A DNA stretch of 64,000 nt, taken from contig JAHFFT010000005.1 in assembly GCA_023247795.1 (NCBI GenBank), forward strand, positions 8,764 to 72,763. Reading direction: 5' to 3'. The notes beneath the pieces are model-generated. The model was not told where the DNA came from. It was given only the letters and a program-made list of their open reading frames with translations, and did no database searches. Origin of the DNA: Candidatus Omnitrophota bacterium (lineage in GTDB: Bacteria; Omnitrophota; Gorgyraeia; Zapsychrales; JANLHA01). Shown piece after piece: positions 39,292 to 49,700 of the stretch (position 1 is the stretch's first letter; every line of letters starts with the position of its first letter). A program made the translations under genes and the position numbers.

Positions 39292-39957
39292 TTACTGGGC
39301 AAGGGGTTCTTTGCCATAAAATTCGTGGCCGATCTGGATCCGTTCTTTGCTGTTCTTAAGACGCCAAAGGTTGGTGTCCCGAAGTGAATAAACACAGCCA
39401 CAATACTCTTGCTTATAAAATTCCTCTCGTTTGGCGATTTCATACATCCGCTGCGACCCACCCTGCTTACGCCAATTGTATGTCCAATAAATGATGCCTG
39501 GGTATCTCTCAGCGGCCATGACCCCGCTCTCATTGATTTGATCCATGTCTTTCCAACGCGACAATCCTAAACTGCTACTGATAATTTTGAATCCATGCTC
39601 AAAGGCATAAAGGGCCGTGCGCTCAAAGCGCATATCAAAACAAACCGAACAACGTTTCCCGCGTTCCGGCTCCCACTCCAACCCCTTGACGCGGGCAAAC
39701 CAGTCATCCCGGTCGTAGTCAGCATCCACAAAGGAGATGTTCATCTTTTTAGCAAAACGAACATTTTCTTCCTTTCGGATCTCATACTCTCTTTGGGGGT
39801 GGATATTCGGATTATAAAAGAAAATCGTATATTCAATTCCCGACGCTGATAGCGCCTCCATGATTTCACCGGAACAGGGGGCACAACACGAGTGCAATAA
39901 CAGTTTCTCCTCTCGCTGTGGTAAAGATAATTTTTCTCTTTTCAAATTTTCACTCAT
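39292..39957 (-). CDS. queH: Epoxyqueuosine reductase QueH
   Basis: [35 protein letters not shown]; start set at MSENL. Confidence 0.92.
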   Translation of the reverse strand: MSENLKREKLSLPQREEKLLLHSCCAPCSGEIMEALSASGIEYTIFFYNPNIHPQREYEIRKEENVRFAKKMNISFVDADYDRDDWFARVKGLEWEPERGKRCSVCFDMRFERTALYAFEHGFKIISSSLGLSRWKDMDQINESGVMAAERYPGIIYWTYNWRKQGGSQRMYEIAKREEFYKQEYCGCVYSLRDTNLWRLKNSKERIQIGHEFYGKEPLAQ

Positions 39958-39974
39958 GGTCCAATTGTGCCATT

Positions 39975-40835
39975 TCACGCCGCCTTTGTCAAACGGATGG
40001 CCCGCGGAATGCAATCAATGATATCCGTCGCGATCATGGCCAGCTTTGTCTTATCTTTCGCGGCCAAGTCTCCGGCCTTCCCATGCAAATGAGCGCCAAA
40101 CTTCGCTGCTTCAAAAGCTGATAACCCTTGCGCTAAAAAAGCGGCAATCATTCCAGTCAAAACATCGCCGCTGCCGGCGGTTGCCATCCCGGCATTGCCC
40201 GTTTTATTTTGATAAACTTCTCCTTCCGGTGACGCAACAATCGTCCTGTGCCCCTTCAACAACAAAACCACCCGATGTTCTTTGGCAAATTGCTTGGCAG
40301 CTTTCACCCTATTTTTCTCAATCACCGCTTTCGAAAGACCCATGAGCCGCGCCATTTCTCCTGGATGTGGAGTTAAAATCTTAGTTGTTGTATTTTTTTT
40401 CAAAATGTTAATATCCTTTGACAAAGCATTCAAGCCATCCGCATCAACGACTAACGGCAATGGACAGGATACTATGATCATACGGATGAACTGTGCTGTT
40501 TCGTTATCCGACGACAATCCTGGCCCGATCGCCACCGACTGAAAATTTTTCCACAATCGTTCACATTGCCGATGAGCGGACAATGAGATCGTTCCTTGAC
40601 GCGTCTGGGCTAAAGGCAAAGTCATCAAGACCGGTGATATCTTTTTTTGAATAATCAAGTTAAGACCGGTAGGAATCCCTAACGTCACCAATCCAGCCCC
40701 GGCACGCATGGCCGCCAAACCGCTCAAAGCCGCCGCCCCCAGCATGTGGGGCGAACCGGCTAGAATCAAAACATGACCAAATTGATTTTTGTACGCTTGT
40801 GGATTACGACGTGATAATGGCGTTGGCAACCGCAT
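39975..40835 (-). CDS. nnrD: NAD(P)HX dehydratase (YjeF C-terminal domain only)
   Basis: [40 protein letters not shown]; start set at MRLPT. Confidence 0.9.
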   Translation of the reverse strand: MRLPTPLSRRNPQAYKNQFGHVLILAGSPHMLGAAALSGLAAMRAGAGLVTLGIPTGLNLIIQKKISPVLMTLPLAQTRQGTISLSAHRQCERLWKNFQSVAIGPGLSSDNETAQFIRMIIVSCPLPLVVDADGLNALSKDINILKKNTTTKILTPHPGEMARLMGLSKAVIEKNRVKAAKQFAKEHRVVLLLKGHRTIVASPEGEVYQNKTGNAGMATAGSGDVLTGMIAAFLAQGLSAFEAAKFGAHLHGKAGDLAAKDKTKLAMIATDIIDCIPRAIRLTKAA

Positions 40836-41154
40836 ATTTTCTCGTGTGTGATAAGGAGATATGAATTTTTCCATTCATTTTCTTGTCTTTGTATTTGCAA
40901 ATGGGCTTGCCATTGGCATCATGAACAATCTTCATATCCTTCCAAAAAACCTGCTTGTTATTACCCAGGGCTTTCAAGACCGCTTCTTTGGCGGCAAAAC
41001 GTGCGGCATAATGCTGCGGAGGGAATTTCTGCTTCTCGGCATAAGCAATCTCCTCGGGACAAAACACGTGTTCAAGGAAATGCTTGCCCCAGCGTTTGAT
41101 CGCCTGTTCCATTCTTTCAACTTCGATGATATCGATACCAGTAGAAAATTTCAT
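40804..41154 (-). CDS. acpS: Holo-ACP synthase
   Basis: GIDIIE, AARFAAKEAVLKALG, ISLSH. Confidence 0.95.
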   Translation of the reverse strand: MKFSTGIDIIEVERMEQAIKRWGKHFLEHVFCPEEIAYAEKQKFPPQHYAARFAAKEAVLKALGNNKQVFWKDMKIVHDANGKPICKYKDKKMNGKIHISLSHTRKYAVANAIITS

Positions 41155-41870
41155 TTTTTAACACTCATCAATTTACGCATTTGTTTAACGGCTTGCTCCA
41201 GACCAACAAAAACCGCTCGCGCGATAATCGCGTGCCCAATATTCAATTCTTCGATGCCAGCAATCATCGCCACCGATGGTGTATTGTCATAATTCAAACC
41301 ATGCCCAGCACTCACTCGCAACCCCAGGGATCGGCCGTAAAGGGTCATGTCGCTCAACTTGGACAATTCCATTTTCCGTAAGTTGGCCGTCTTTGCCCCA
41401 GCATAACATCCCGTATGCAGCTCGATCAATTGGGCCCCACTCTCTTGCGCCGCTTTGATTTGATCTTTAACTGGATCAACAAACAAACTGATCTTGATCC
41501 CTTTGCCTTCCAAAAATTTCACGACCTTCGCGATCTGTACCTGATGCCGGATAACGTCCAATCCACCTTCCGTGGTGATTTCCTGCCGTCTTTCCGGAAC
41601 AATGGTCGCGATATCAGGTTTGATCGCGCCGGCTATTTTCACAATCCGCGGATCTAAAGACATTTCCAAATTCAGAGGAATCGAAAGCCCCTTCCTTATT
41701 GCCCTGACATCCTCATCATTCACATGACGGCGGTCTTCCCGCAAATGACAGACAATGGAGTCTGCCCCGGCCTTTTCAGCAACTCTCGCGGCAACAAGTG
41801 GATCCGGGTCAAATCCTTGACGGGCCTGCCGCAAAGTGGCCACATGGTCAATGTTAACGCCTAACTTCAT
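41151..41870 (-). CDS. pdxJ: Pyridoxine 5'-phosphate synthase
   Basis: LGVNIDHVATLRQAR, HLREDRRH, TTEGGLD, ELHTG, AGHGL, ELNIGH. Confidence 0.97.
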   Translation of the reverse strand: MKLGVNIDHVATLRQARQGFDPDPLVAARVAEKAGADSIVCHLREDRRHVNDEDVRAIRKGLSIPLNLEMSLDPRIVKIAGAIKPDIATIVPERRQEITTEGGLDVIRHQVQIAKVVKFLEGKGIKISLFVDPVKDQIKAAQESGAQLIELHTGCYAGAKTANLRKMELSKLSDMTLYGRSLGLRVSAGHGLNYDNTPSVAMIAGIEELNIGHAIIARAVFVGLEQAVKQMRKLMSVKK

Positions 41871-41995
41871 TTCGGGAAAGTAAAAAGAGATTTGAGGATT
41901 TCGTCATTCAGATAAAGCCAGGTGAAAATCGCTAAAACCAAAGCAATCACTTTCAACGCCAGGTTCTGAGTAAACCACGCCTTGGTGACTTTCAT
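41867..41995 (-). CDS. 42-aa membrane mini-protein resembling only the N-terminal TM anchor of CdaR/YbbR
   Basis: MKVTKAWFTQNLALKVIALVLAIFTWLYLNDEILKSLFTFPK*; ATGA overlaps with both the cdaA stop and the pdxJ start. Confidence 0.75.
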   Translation of the reverse strand: MKVTKAWFTQNLALKVIALVLAIFTWLYLNDEILKSLFTFPK

Positions 41996-42771
41996 GCAGC
42001 AGTCCCTTTCTTCGGTTTTAAAAGCAGGTCACGTAAAACACTGATCAAGCGTTCGCGGTTAACAACCGGAATGAAACGCCCATCTTCTGCCACTGAGATC
42101 TCTTGGGTCTCTTCGGAAACCATCACCACCACGGCGTCGGTTTGTTCCGTCAAACCTAAAGCCGCACGATGACGGGTACCGATGATTTTGCTAAAATTCG
42201 GATTTTCCGTCAATGGGAACAAACAGGATGCCGCCACAATACGGTCGCCGCGCGAAATCACACCACCGTCATGCAAAGGCGAACTGGTATGAAAAATGCT
42301 CTGCAAGAGTTCGGCGGAAATCTTGGCATCAATCGCAATCCCGCTTTCGATATACGTTTTTAATTTCAATTCCCGTTCAATGGCGATGAGGCAACCAAGC
42401 CGGTTCTTCGAAAGCCGATAGACCGCGGTCGTGATCTCTTCACAGACCGCCATCATCTCCGATTCTTCCAGCCCGACGTTGAACAGATGCTGCTGACCCA
42501 ACCGGGCCAGCCCCTGCCGCAATTCCGGCTGAAAAATAACCAAGACACCGATAACAGAAATGGCAAAAATCTTCGTCAACAACCAATTGAGGGTATCCAG
42601 CCCTAACACCTGAAAAAGAAAAAACGCGATGATCAGATAGGCGATGCCTTTAAGAACATGAAAAGACCGGGTCCCCTCGACGAACAACAAAATTCGATAA
42701 AAGACCAACCAGAGAATAAGGATCTCTAAAACGGCCTTGATGGTTGTATAAATATCAAACGTGACATTCAT
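41992..42771 (-). CDS. cdaA: Diadenylate cyclase CdaA/DacA
   Basis: Three N-terminal TM helices, IFQPELR, PLHDGG, GTRHRAALG, VSEETQEIS. Confidence 0.93.
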   Translation of the reverse strand: MNVTFDIYTTIKAVLEILILWLVFYRILLFVEGTRSFHVLKGIAYLIIAFFLFQVLGLDTLNWLLTKIFAISVIGVLVIFQPELRQGLARLGQQHLFNVGLEESEMMAVCEEITTAVYRLSKNRLGCLIAIERELKLKTYIESGIAIDAKISAELLQSIFHTSSPLHDGGVISRGDRIVAASCLFPLTENPNFSKIIGTRHRAALGLTEQTDAVVVMVSEETQEISVAEDGRFIPVVNRERLISVLRDLLLKPKKGTAA

Positions 42772-43646
42772 TTCTGTGGTTCCTGCTGCAGAAGTGCGTC
42801 GGTCATCCGCACCACCTTAGACATCGCTGCGACATCATGAACGCGAACAATATGCGCTCCATTCATAACACTGGCACAAACCGTTGCGCCGGTTCCCAGC
42901 AGTCGTTCTTTTCCATCATTTCCCAAAACTTTACCAATGAATGATTTACGAGAAGTCCCGACGAGGATGGGTCTTCGCAATTGAGTAAACTCGGCTAACC
43001 GCTGAATGATCTCACAATTGTGCTCGACGGTCTTCCCAAAACCTATTCCCGGATCAATAATTATTTTATCCAATTTCAAACCAAAGTCCAAACATATTTC
43101 CATGGATTTCTTCAACGAAATGATGATTTCATCGATCAGGTTCCGGTAAAAAATTTTTCTTTGCATCGTGGCCGGGCTGCGACCGCCCATATGCATCAAA
43201 ACAATGGCCGCGTCGTATTCACAGACCCATTTGATCAACGAACGCTGCACCTGAGTTCCCTTAATGTTGTTAACAATGCTGGCCCCAGCTTTGAGCGCTT
43301 CTTGTGCCACTTGGGGCTTATAGGTATCCACTGATATCGGAACCGGCACTTGCTCTTTCAAGGCCTCAATCACCGGAATCACCCGACGAAGCTCTTCCTT
43401 AACCGTCACCGGCCTGGCTCCCGGACGGCTGGACTCCCCGCCCACGTCGAGGATATCAGCCCCTTCTCGGACAAATCCTTTCGCCAACCGGCAAGCTGCT
43501 CTCACAAAATCTTTGTGTTTCTGTAGACAGCCGTCCTGACTGAATGAATCCGGAGTGACATTGATGATGGCCATGATCCTGGTCTGAGGGCCGCACGATA
43601 GTGAATGATGACGGGCGTGGATGAGAAAATTTCTTCGTTTCATCAA
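42768..43646 (-). CDS. folP: Dihydropteroate synthase
   Basis: INVTPDSFS, DVGGESSRPG, DPGIGFGK, SRKSFIG, VRVHDV. Confidence 0.96.
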   Translation of the reverse strand: MMKRRNFLIHARHHSLSCGPQTRIMAIINVTPDSFSQDGCLQKHKDFVRAACRLAKGFVREGADILDVGGESSRPGARPVTVKEELRRVIPVIEALKEQVPVPISVDTYKPQVAQEALKAGASIVNNIKGTQVQRSLIKWVCEYDAAIVLMHMGGRSPATMQRKIFYRNLIDEIIISLKKSMEICLDFGLKLDKIIIDPGIGFGKTVEHNCEIIQRLAEFTQLRRPILVGTSRKSFIGKVLGNDGKERLLGTGATVCASVMNGAHIVRVHDVAAMSKVVRMTDALLQQEPQK

Positions 43647-43691
43647 TGTTGGGAGTTACTGAAGGATTTCAAAAAAGCGAAGCAATGAATA

Positions 43692-45644
43692 TTAGGATGA
43701 TCGTACGTCGGAAATGGGCAAAGGATCGGATGGTTTCTGTTCGGTCTCAGCGGAAGAAGCCTCTTCCAACCCTAAAATTTTCTTTGCCTCTTCCACATCC
43801 AAGACTTCTCTTTCCATCAATGTTTTTGCTAAAAGATCGAGCTTATCACGATTCGTGGTTAATAGTATCTTCGCGCGTTCATAAGCCGAATTGACCAGAC
43901 GCAAGGCTTCTAAATCAATATTCTTGGCCGTCTCCTCGCTGTATTCCTTTTGCTCGAACAAATCACGGCCCAAAAATCGGTTGCTGTGATCGCTGCCAAA
44001 AGCCATCTTACCCAAATTCTCACTCATCCCGAACGTGCACACCATGGACCGGGCAATCTGGGTCACCTTCTGCAAATCATTGGAGACACCGGTTGTTGTG
44101 TCGTTCATGTAAATTTCTTCCCCCACCATGCCGCCTAGCAATACCGTCATCGTACCCAAAAGCTCTTTTTTATTGCGGTAATGCCGGTCTTCTTTAGGAG
44201 GTGTTAAGGTATACCCGCCTGCCATGCCGCGCGGAACAATCGAAACCTTCGTGAAGGTATCGACTTCCTCAATCAACAACGACAATAGCGCGTGTCCGGA
44301 TTCATGATAGGCTGTCATTTCTTTTTCCTTCTTCGAAACGGTGCGGCTCTTTTTTTCCGGTCCCATGGTGACGCGTTCAATGGCGGCTAAAAAATCCGAC
44401 ATTTCAACATATTCTTTATTTTTCCTTGCGGCTAAAAGGGCCGCTTCATTGCAGGCATTGGCCAAATCCGCGCCGGAAAAAAACACCGTCTGCCGGGCAA
44501 GTTTGAGAAAATCAACATCAGGACCTAATTTGAGGTCTTTGGCGTGGACTTTCAAAATTCCTTCACGGCCATTAAGATCCGGAAGCCCCACGACAATCTG
44601 CCGGTCAAAACGCCCCGGTCTTAAAAGCGCTGGATCCAGGGTATCAGGTCGATTGGTCGCGGCAATGATGATGACCCCGGTTTGCGGGTTAAAACCATCC
44701 ATCTCGACCAAAAGGGCGTTGAGGGTCTGTTCACGTTCATCATTCCCGCCGCCGATCCCAGAAAAACGCTGTCTTCCCACAGCGTCGATCTCGTCGATGA
44801 AAACAATCGCTCCTTTCGCACTGGCCAGCGAGGCCTTGCGCGCCTGATCAAAAAGATCTCTCACCCGTGAGGCACCAACCCCAACAAACATCTCGACAAA
44901 GTCTGATCCACTCAATGAAAAGAACGGCACGCTGGCCTCACCAGCAACCGCCTTCGCTAAAAGGGTCTTTCCTGTCCCCGGCGGGCCGACCAGCAGCACA
45001 CCTTTAGGAATTTTGCCGCCCAATCTTTGAAACTTTTTAGGCTCCTTTAAAAATTCAATGACCTCCTGCAATTCTTCTTTGGCCTCATCAACACCCGCGA
45101 CATTATTGAAGGTGATCTTCATATTGGTTTTGTCCGAGACCCTCGCCCGGCTTTTGCCAAAAGACCAAATCTTATTTCCCATCTGACTGCCGCGGTAGGA
45201 AATGAACCAAATGAAAAGGATGATCACCAGGATCGGAAGCATTGAAAGGATCAATTGCCCCCAAAAAGTCTGGGCGGGACGGACCGCGAAATTCGTGACA
45301 TTTTCACGCATGAGCGTGTAAATGCCCTCGTCGGCTTTAGGGATATGCAGATGAAATTCGGTGTCGTCTTGAAAAGTGCCCCGAACGATATTTTCAGTAC
45401 TCTCAATCAACTCGAGACTCTTAATTTGCTTGACCCGCTCGGGATCTTTTAAAATCGCGTAAAACTCACTGTAAGTCAGTTCGTTAGCGGTGTTGATCTT
45501 GGTCACGGTCTCCGTCGAGCTCAGCATCAAAAGGAACAAAAATCCAACCACCAACCAAAATAACCAATTGTTGTTGGGCTGTTTGGGTTTCAGCGGATCC
45601 TTACGGTCTCGACGCAGATTCTTATTTTTTCTTAAATTGTCCAC
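43692..45644 (-). CDS. ftsH: ATP-dependent zinc metalloprotease FtsH
   Basis: Two TM helices, [38 protein letters not shown]. Confidence 0.98.
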   Translation of the reverse strand: MDNLRKNKNLRRDRKDPLKPKQPNNNWLFWLVVGFLFLLMLSSTETVTKINTANELTYSEFYAILKDPERVKQIKSLELIESTENIVRGTFQDDTEFHLHIPKADEGIYTLMRENVTNFAVRPAQTFWGQLILSMLPILVIILFIWFISYRGSQMGNKIWSFGKSRARVSDKTNMKITFNNVAGVDEAKEELQEVIEFLKEPKKFQRLGGKIPKGVLLVGPPGTGKTLLAKAVAGEASVPFFSLSGSDFVEMFVGVGASRVRDLFDQARKASLASAKGAIVFIDEIDAVGRQRFSGIGGGNDEREQTLNALLVEMDGFNPQTGVIIIAATNRPDTLDPALLRPGRFDRQIVVGLPDLNGREGILKVHAKDLKLGPDVDFLKLARQTVFFSGADLANACNEAALLAARKNKEYVEMSDFLAAIERVTMGPEKKSRTVSKKEKEMTAYHESGHALLSLLIEEVDTFTKVSIVPRGMAGGYTLTPPKEDRHYRNKKELLGTMTVLLGGMVGEEIYMNDTTTGVSNDLQKVTQIARSMVCTFGMSENLGKMAFGSDHSNRFLGRDLFEQKEYSEETAKNIDLEALRLVNSAYERAKILLTTNRDKLDLLAKTLMEREVLDVEEAKKILGLEEASSAETEQKPSDPLPISDVRSS

Positions 45645-45687
45645 AATATTTTATTTCGATTACTCAAGTCATTTCTGGAACCTATCA

Positions 45688-45715
45688 ATTATAATCGAAG
45701 CAAGCAGATATTCAA
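45688..45715 (-). promoter_or_regulatory. Putative internal promoter for ftsH
   Basis: TTGAAT-16 nt-TATAAT on the minus strand. Confidence 0.4.
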
Positions 45716-46740
45716 GTCTTTCTTCTCTGAGCTGTCGGATCCGACCGTCTCGATGCAGAAAAACCTTTGACCCGCAAAAAATTCTTTTCCTTTTTGATAA
45801 CAACTTTTCCTGGCAGATCAACAACCGAGCCTAATGGCCGCGAAAAAATCAAATCCTCGACTTCATCCATATGAGAAAGACTGATCTTACGCAAATCCCC
45901 TTTGGCCAATTCCACCATTGAACGGATCACCAAATGCTGCAAAGCCGGATGCAGCTCCTTGAGATCTGATAGCTTCACTTGAAAAGACTGCTTGCCCTTA
46001 CTGTTGATCATTGTCTTTTGCTCTTCGACGGCTGATGATAAATAATCATAATCAATAACGGCGTTTCGCGAAAGGTTAACCAAGGCCTGACCGATCCCTA
46101 CATTGTAATCTTGCTCTAACAGCGGGATGAGTTCATTACGAATCCGATTGCGCAAAAAAGTTCGATCTCGATTTGTTGGATCGACTTTATAAACAATTTT
46201 CTTGTCTGTCAAATATACCAAAATCGATTTCCTGCTCAAATCCAAAAACGGACGAATCACCAAGAAATCATGAAGTTCGCGTTGATGCACCATGCCTTGC
46301 AATCCCAAAAGGCCTGCCCCGCGGATGATCCGCATCAATACCGTCTCTGCCAAATCATCCCGGTGATGGGCAAGGGCAAGACAATGACATTTCTTCATCT
46401 TGGCCAGGGCCACCAGTTTATTTAATCTTTGCTCCCGGGCCCACTCTTCCTTTGATCCTTTAGCAGGAGCTGTTCTTAAATGGACAACGTGACAATCCAC
46501 ATTCAAATCTTTACACAAATCCTGTACAAATTTTTGATGCTGCCCTGCTTGGCCGTGCCAATGATGGTTCACGTGGCCCACGATCAACTGAAAACCTAAA
46601 ACAGTCCGCAATTCTGCCAACGCGGATAAAAGTGCCACGGAATCCGAGCCACCGGAAACTCCAAGAAGAACACAGCTCCCTCGTCTAATCAAATTCCGCT
46701 TGAGAAGATCGGATTTCAATGCTCGTTCAAATTTATTCAT
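45712..46740 (-). CDS. tilS: tRNA(Ile)-lysidine synthase
   Basis: GVSGGSDSVAL, AHHRDDLAETVL, IRPFL, DPTN, RNRIR. Confidence 0.95.
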   Translation of the reverse strand: MNKFERALKSDLLKRNLIRRGSCVLLGVSGGSDSVALLSALAELRTVLGFQLIVGHVNHHWHGQAGQHQKFVQDLCKDLNVDCHVVHLRTAPAKGSKEEWAREQRLNKLVALAKMKKCHCLALAHHRDDLAETVLMRIIRGAGLLGLQGMVHQRELHDFLVIRPFLDLSRKSILVYLTDKKIVYKVDPTNRDRTFLRNRIRNELIPLLEQDYNVGIGQALVNLSRNAVIDYDYLSSAVEEQKTMINSKGKQSFQVKLSDLKELHPALQHLVIRSMVELAKGDLRKISLSHMDEVEDLIFSRPLGSVVDLPGKVVIKKEKNFLRVKGFSASRRSDPTAQRRKT

Positions 46741-46796
46741 GAACCAACCTCGATGAGCTAAAGATAAAACACCGCTTAAAAATCGTTAAATTTTTC

Positions 46797-47909
46797 TTAA
46801 GAGGAAGCTGGCTCGGAAATGAGTTTCACGACCACCGCGATGAAGCCGCCCGTCAATAAAAGATTCAGCGCCAGACTCAACACCCCTAAACTTGCCGCCG
46901 CACCACCAAATCCATGCGATATCGCGATCAAAAGAACACCGGCCCCCACTTCTCCTCGGGGAAACATGGCCACACTGAGCGCCAACCGCGAAATCAGCGA
47001 GGCCTCCCGTCGATAACAACATAAAATGAAACATTTACCGAGATTTGATAAAAGGGTTAACATGAGGACATGCCATAACGCGGCCATCGGTGTGATCAGG
47101 CCAAGATCGATTTTCGGTAGCGAACAGCCCACCAAAAACATGAATCCCCCTTTCAACAAGCGATCAAACCATAGCGGCCAGCCTCGCAACGGTTCCATAT
47201 GGGACAACTCATGCATGAACGCCTCGTCAAAAGGCTTCGCCGGAGGGTTGAAAAGAACGCATCCCAGCGTAAAGGCCGGCAGCAAAACTTCCAAATGAAT
47301 ATGGGCTGTTGCGTTGAAGAATTTAAGGAAGACAACGAGGATGACACTGTAAAAAAAGAGCCACAGTTTTCCGACCGGCACACGCAGACAATTCAGCCAA
47401 CGATAAGCCCCGGCCAATAAAAAGATGATGATGACAACAACGAACAGCATTTCCATTTTCATTCCAACCAAAACAATCTGCAAAGGGATCAACAAAAGGA
47501 TCGTCGCGATATCATCAAAAATGGCCAAAATCCTTGCCTGCTTAAATACCCAGGTCATGCCCAGTCCCGCGGCCGTTAACATCGCGAACAAAACGCCCGC
47601 CGACGTCGGTGCCGCGAACAGCCCCACCAAGCCGGATTCTTTCCAGTTCAGATGAAACACCGTGCCAAAATAAGCAGCGCATAAAAGCCATGGCAAAACC
47701 GCGGCGATCGTTGCCACACAAAAATCCCAAGCATAATGTTTCAATTTATCTTTTTGAATGGTGAATTCAAGGCCGACTTCCACCATGATATAGGCAAGGC
47801 ACACCGTTGTAAGCAGGGGCAATAACTCCCGGGCTTGATCGAAATTCACCGTTTGCGAAACGACAATCCCGGACAGTAAAAGCAAACTGTAAAAAACAAT
47901 GAGATACAA
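46797..47909 (-). CDS. Cation:proton antiporter-like membrane protein
   Basis: About 11 TM helices, VGLEF, APTSAG, LAIFDD, MFPRGEVG; TTG start after AGGAGG. Confidence 0.75.
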   Translation of the reverse strand: MYLIVFYSLLLLSGIVVSQTVNFDQARELLPLLTTVCLAYIMVEVGLEFTIQKDKLKHYAWDFCVATIAAVLPWLLCAAYFGTVFHLNWKESGLVGLFAAPTSAGVLFAMLTAAGLGMTWVFKQARILAIFDDIATILLLIPLQIVLVGMKMEMLFVVVIIIFLLAGAYRWLNCLRVPVGKLWLFFYSVILVVFLKFFNATAHIHLEVLLPAFTLGCVLFNPPAKPFDEAFMHELSHMEPLRGWPLWFDRLLKGGFMFLVGCSLPKIDLGLITPMAALWHVLMLTLLSNLGKCFILCCYRREASLISRLALSVAMFPRGEVGAGVLLIAISHGFGGAAASLGVLSLALNLLLTGGFIAVVVKLISEPASS

Positions 47910-47934
47910 ATGATCCTCCTAACAAATTCCAAAC

Positions 47935-48030
47935 TCAAAATCGATCAAACCATTTGCGACCTAAATATCCGATCCAACAAAGCAATCCCACCACGATCAA
48001 AAGTTTTAAAATATGGATGGTGGTGGTCAT
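47935..48030 (-). CDS. Putative 31-aa single-TM peptide
   Basis: MTTTIHILKLLIVVGLLCWIGYLGRKWFDRF*; below the ORF-track cut-off; no strong RBS. Confidence 0.4.
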   Translation of the reverse strand: MTTTIHILKLLIVVGLLCWIGYLGRKWFDRF

Positions 48031-48033
48031 AAA

Positions 48034-48097
48034 CACGTCTCAGGTTACAGGTCTCAAGTTATAAGTCTTGAAAACTTGCGACTTGCACCTTTCGGCT
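48034..48097. repeat. Heptamer-periodic palindromic element, copy B
   Basis: cacgtct caggtta caggtct caagtta taagtct / tgaaaac ttgcgac ttgcacc. Confidence 0.75.
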
Positions 48098-48643
48098 TCA
48101 TTGGGCTTGCAATCCCCGCTGCTCTTGCCGAGCTTCCCGATAGGCGTCACGCAAAACTTCGGCGTACTTGATGTTGGGGGGACGGATCTGCAGATTGGCA
48201 TAGCCCTGTCTTAAAATTTCGGCATTGACAAAGACATTGCCTTCTTTTAAAAAAACATACGCCAACGTCACAAAATCTTCATCCGCTCTTTGCGTATCAA
48301 ATTCGACCCTGACCATTTTCCCCGTTAAAAGCGATTCCACGAAGTGAAAAGCGCGCTCTTCCATAGAATCGTAAGGAGTGATCTCTTCAATGACAAAACC
48401 GTATTTATCAAATTCCTGTTTCTCTCTTGTTGGCGCGGCTGGGCCGAGCAGCCCAATCAAACGGATCTTCTTTCCACCTTCAAGAATGATCGTGTCCGCC
48501 GATCGGACCTCTTTGACCTGAACTTCCTCGTAAGTCTTCAATGATTGAAAACCCAAATCGTTGCTTTCCGCGGCCCTTGCCAAAAACGAATAAAACAACA
48601 CTGATGAAAACATCCCTAAAACAATGATCGCGATTCTCTTCAT
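48098..48643 (-). CDS. Secreted thermonuclease (SNase)-fold protein with degenerate active site
   Basis: Signal peptide; ADTIIL, IRLIGL, LAYVFL, VNAEILRQGYA, EARQEQRGL. Confidence 0.8.
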   Translation of the reverse strand: MKRIAIIVLGMFSSVLFYSFLARAAESNDLGFQSLKTYEEVQVKEVRSADTIILEGGKKIRLIGLLGPAAPTREKQEFDKYGFVIEEITPYDSMEERAFHFVESLLTGKMVRVEFDTQRADEDFVTLAYVFLKEGNVFVNAEILRQGYANLQIRPPNIKYAEVLRDAYREARQEQRGLQAQ

Positions 48644-48655
48644 AGCGCGTGCCGT

Positions 48656-49696
48656 TTAAGAAACTCCGATTGAGATGAGCTGGGACAAATATTGCAGATC
48701 ATGGATATGCTCGTTCAAATGGCTATTATCCTTCTCAGTATGCAGATTCATAACTCCAAAAACCTGGTCCTTTGCCGCCAACGGCAAAATGATGGAATGT
48801 TTGATATTGCCTCGTTTGAGCAAGTATTGAATCCGATAATCTCCTTCGGTGCCGTCGATCATAAAGGGCCGGTTTTCCCGGACCGCGATCCCCGCGACAC
48901 CCTGTCCAACCGTAATCCGCAGATCACGAATTTTTTCTTCTTCAATACCCCGTGACCCCTTAAGCACCAATGTTTTCTTATCCTCATCCAGCGTCATGAT
49001 CGATCCGGCTTCCACGTCGCAAAGACGCAGAGCGACGTCTAAAAAAGTGACCAACATTTCATCGACATGAATGGTCTGTAAAAGCTGCTGAGTGAGTTGG
49101 GTGATGTCACTCGACACAACAGCCTCACGGAACTCTGGGCCGCGAAATTTGGACTGTTCCTGTTGAATCTGCGCCATATCTTTAAGGATTTCCAACGCCA
49201 AATCCAAAACCCCATTCATGACCACTTGCGGCATCGCGGGGATATTGTAAACCATTTCCCGGGCATGTTCATAATCCATCTCCCATTCCCTGGCCATCTG
49301 CAACAGCGAATCCTCATCCAACCGTCGATCACAGAGCACCGGACCAAGAATCAAATAGGCGCTGGGGTGAGGACCTTCAAATTGCACCGGCAACGCGTAA
49401 ATCGAAAATCCAAAAAGATTGGTATAACACCAAAGTCGATTGTCGTATTCAAACTTAGACAAGAAATCATGTGCTCCGCGATGAAAATTCACGCCAAAAA
49501 CCGGGTTCATCAAAAGGTCAAAACCAAAATCAAAATGCGCCCGCTCCCCTTGTCGAGGCGATATGATCACCCGTCCTTGAGGATTCACCAAAACCATGTT
49601 CATCCGCAAGGCCTGAACAAAACGGCAAAGGATGGCGGTCCATTGCGGTTTGTTGATCCTGAATTGCGTGGTATCTGGAAAATTTTCTATTGGCAT
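48656..49696 (-). CDS. PocR-like sensor plus GAF domain protein without output domain
   Basis: ALPV..YLILGPV (PocR-like); GSIMTLD, VGQGVAG, PLAAKDQVFGVMNL (GAF); start set at MPIEN. Confidence 0.65.
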   Translation of the reverse strand: MPIENFPDTTQFRINKPQWTAILCRFVQALRMNMVLVNPQGRVIISPRQGERAHFDFGFDLLMNPVFGVNFHRGAHDFLSKFEYDNRLWCYTNLFGFSIYALPVQFEGPHPSAYLILGPVLCDRRLDEDSLLQMAREWEMDYEHAREMVYNIPAMPQVVMNGVLDLALEILKDMAQIQQEQSKFRGPEFREAVVSSDITQLTQQLLQTIHVDEMLVTFLDVALRLCDVEAGSIMTLDEDKKTLVLKGSRGIEEEKIRDLRITVGQGVAGIAVRENRPFMIDGTEGDYRIQYLLKRGNIKHSIILPLAAKDQVFGVMNLHTEKDNSHLNEHIHDLQYLSQLISIGVS

Positions 49697-49700
49697 AAAA

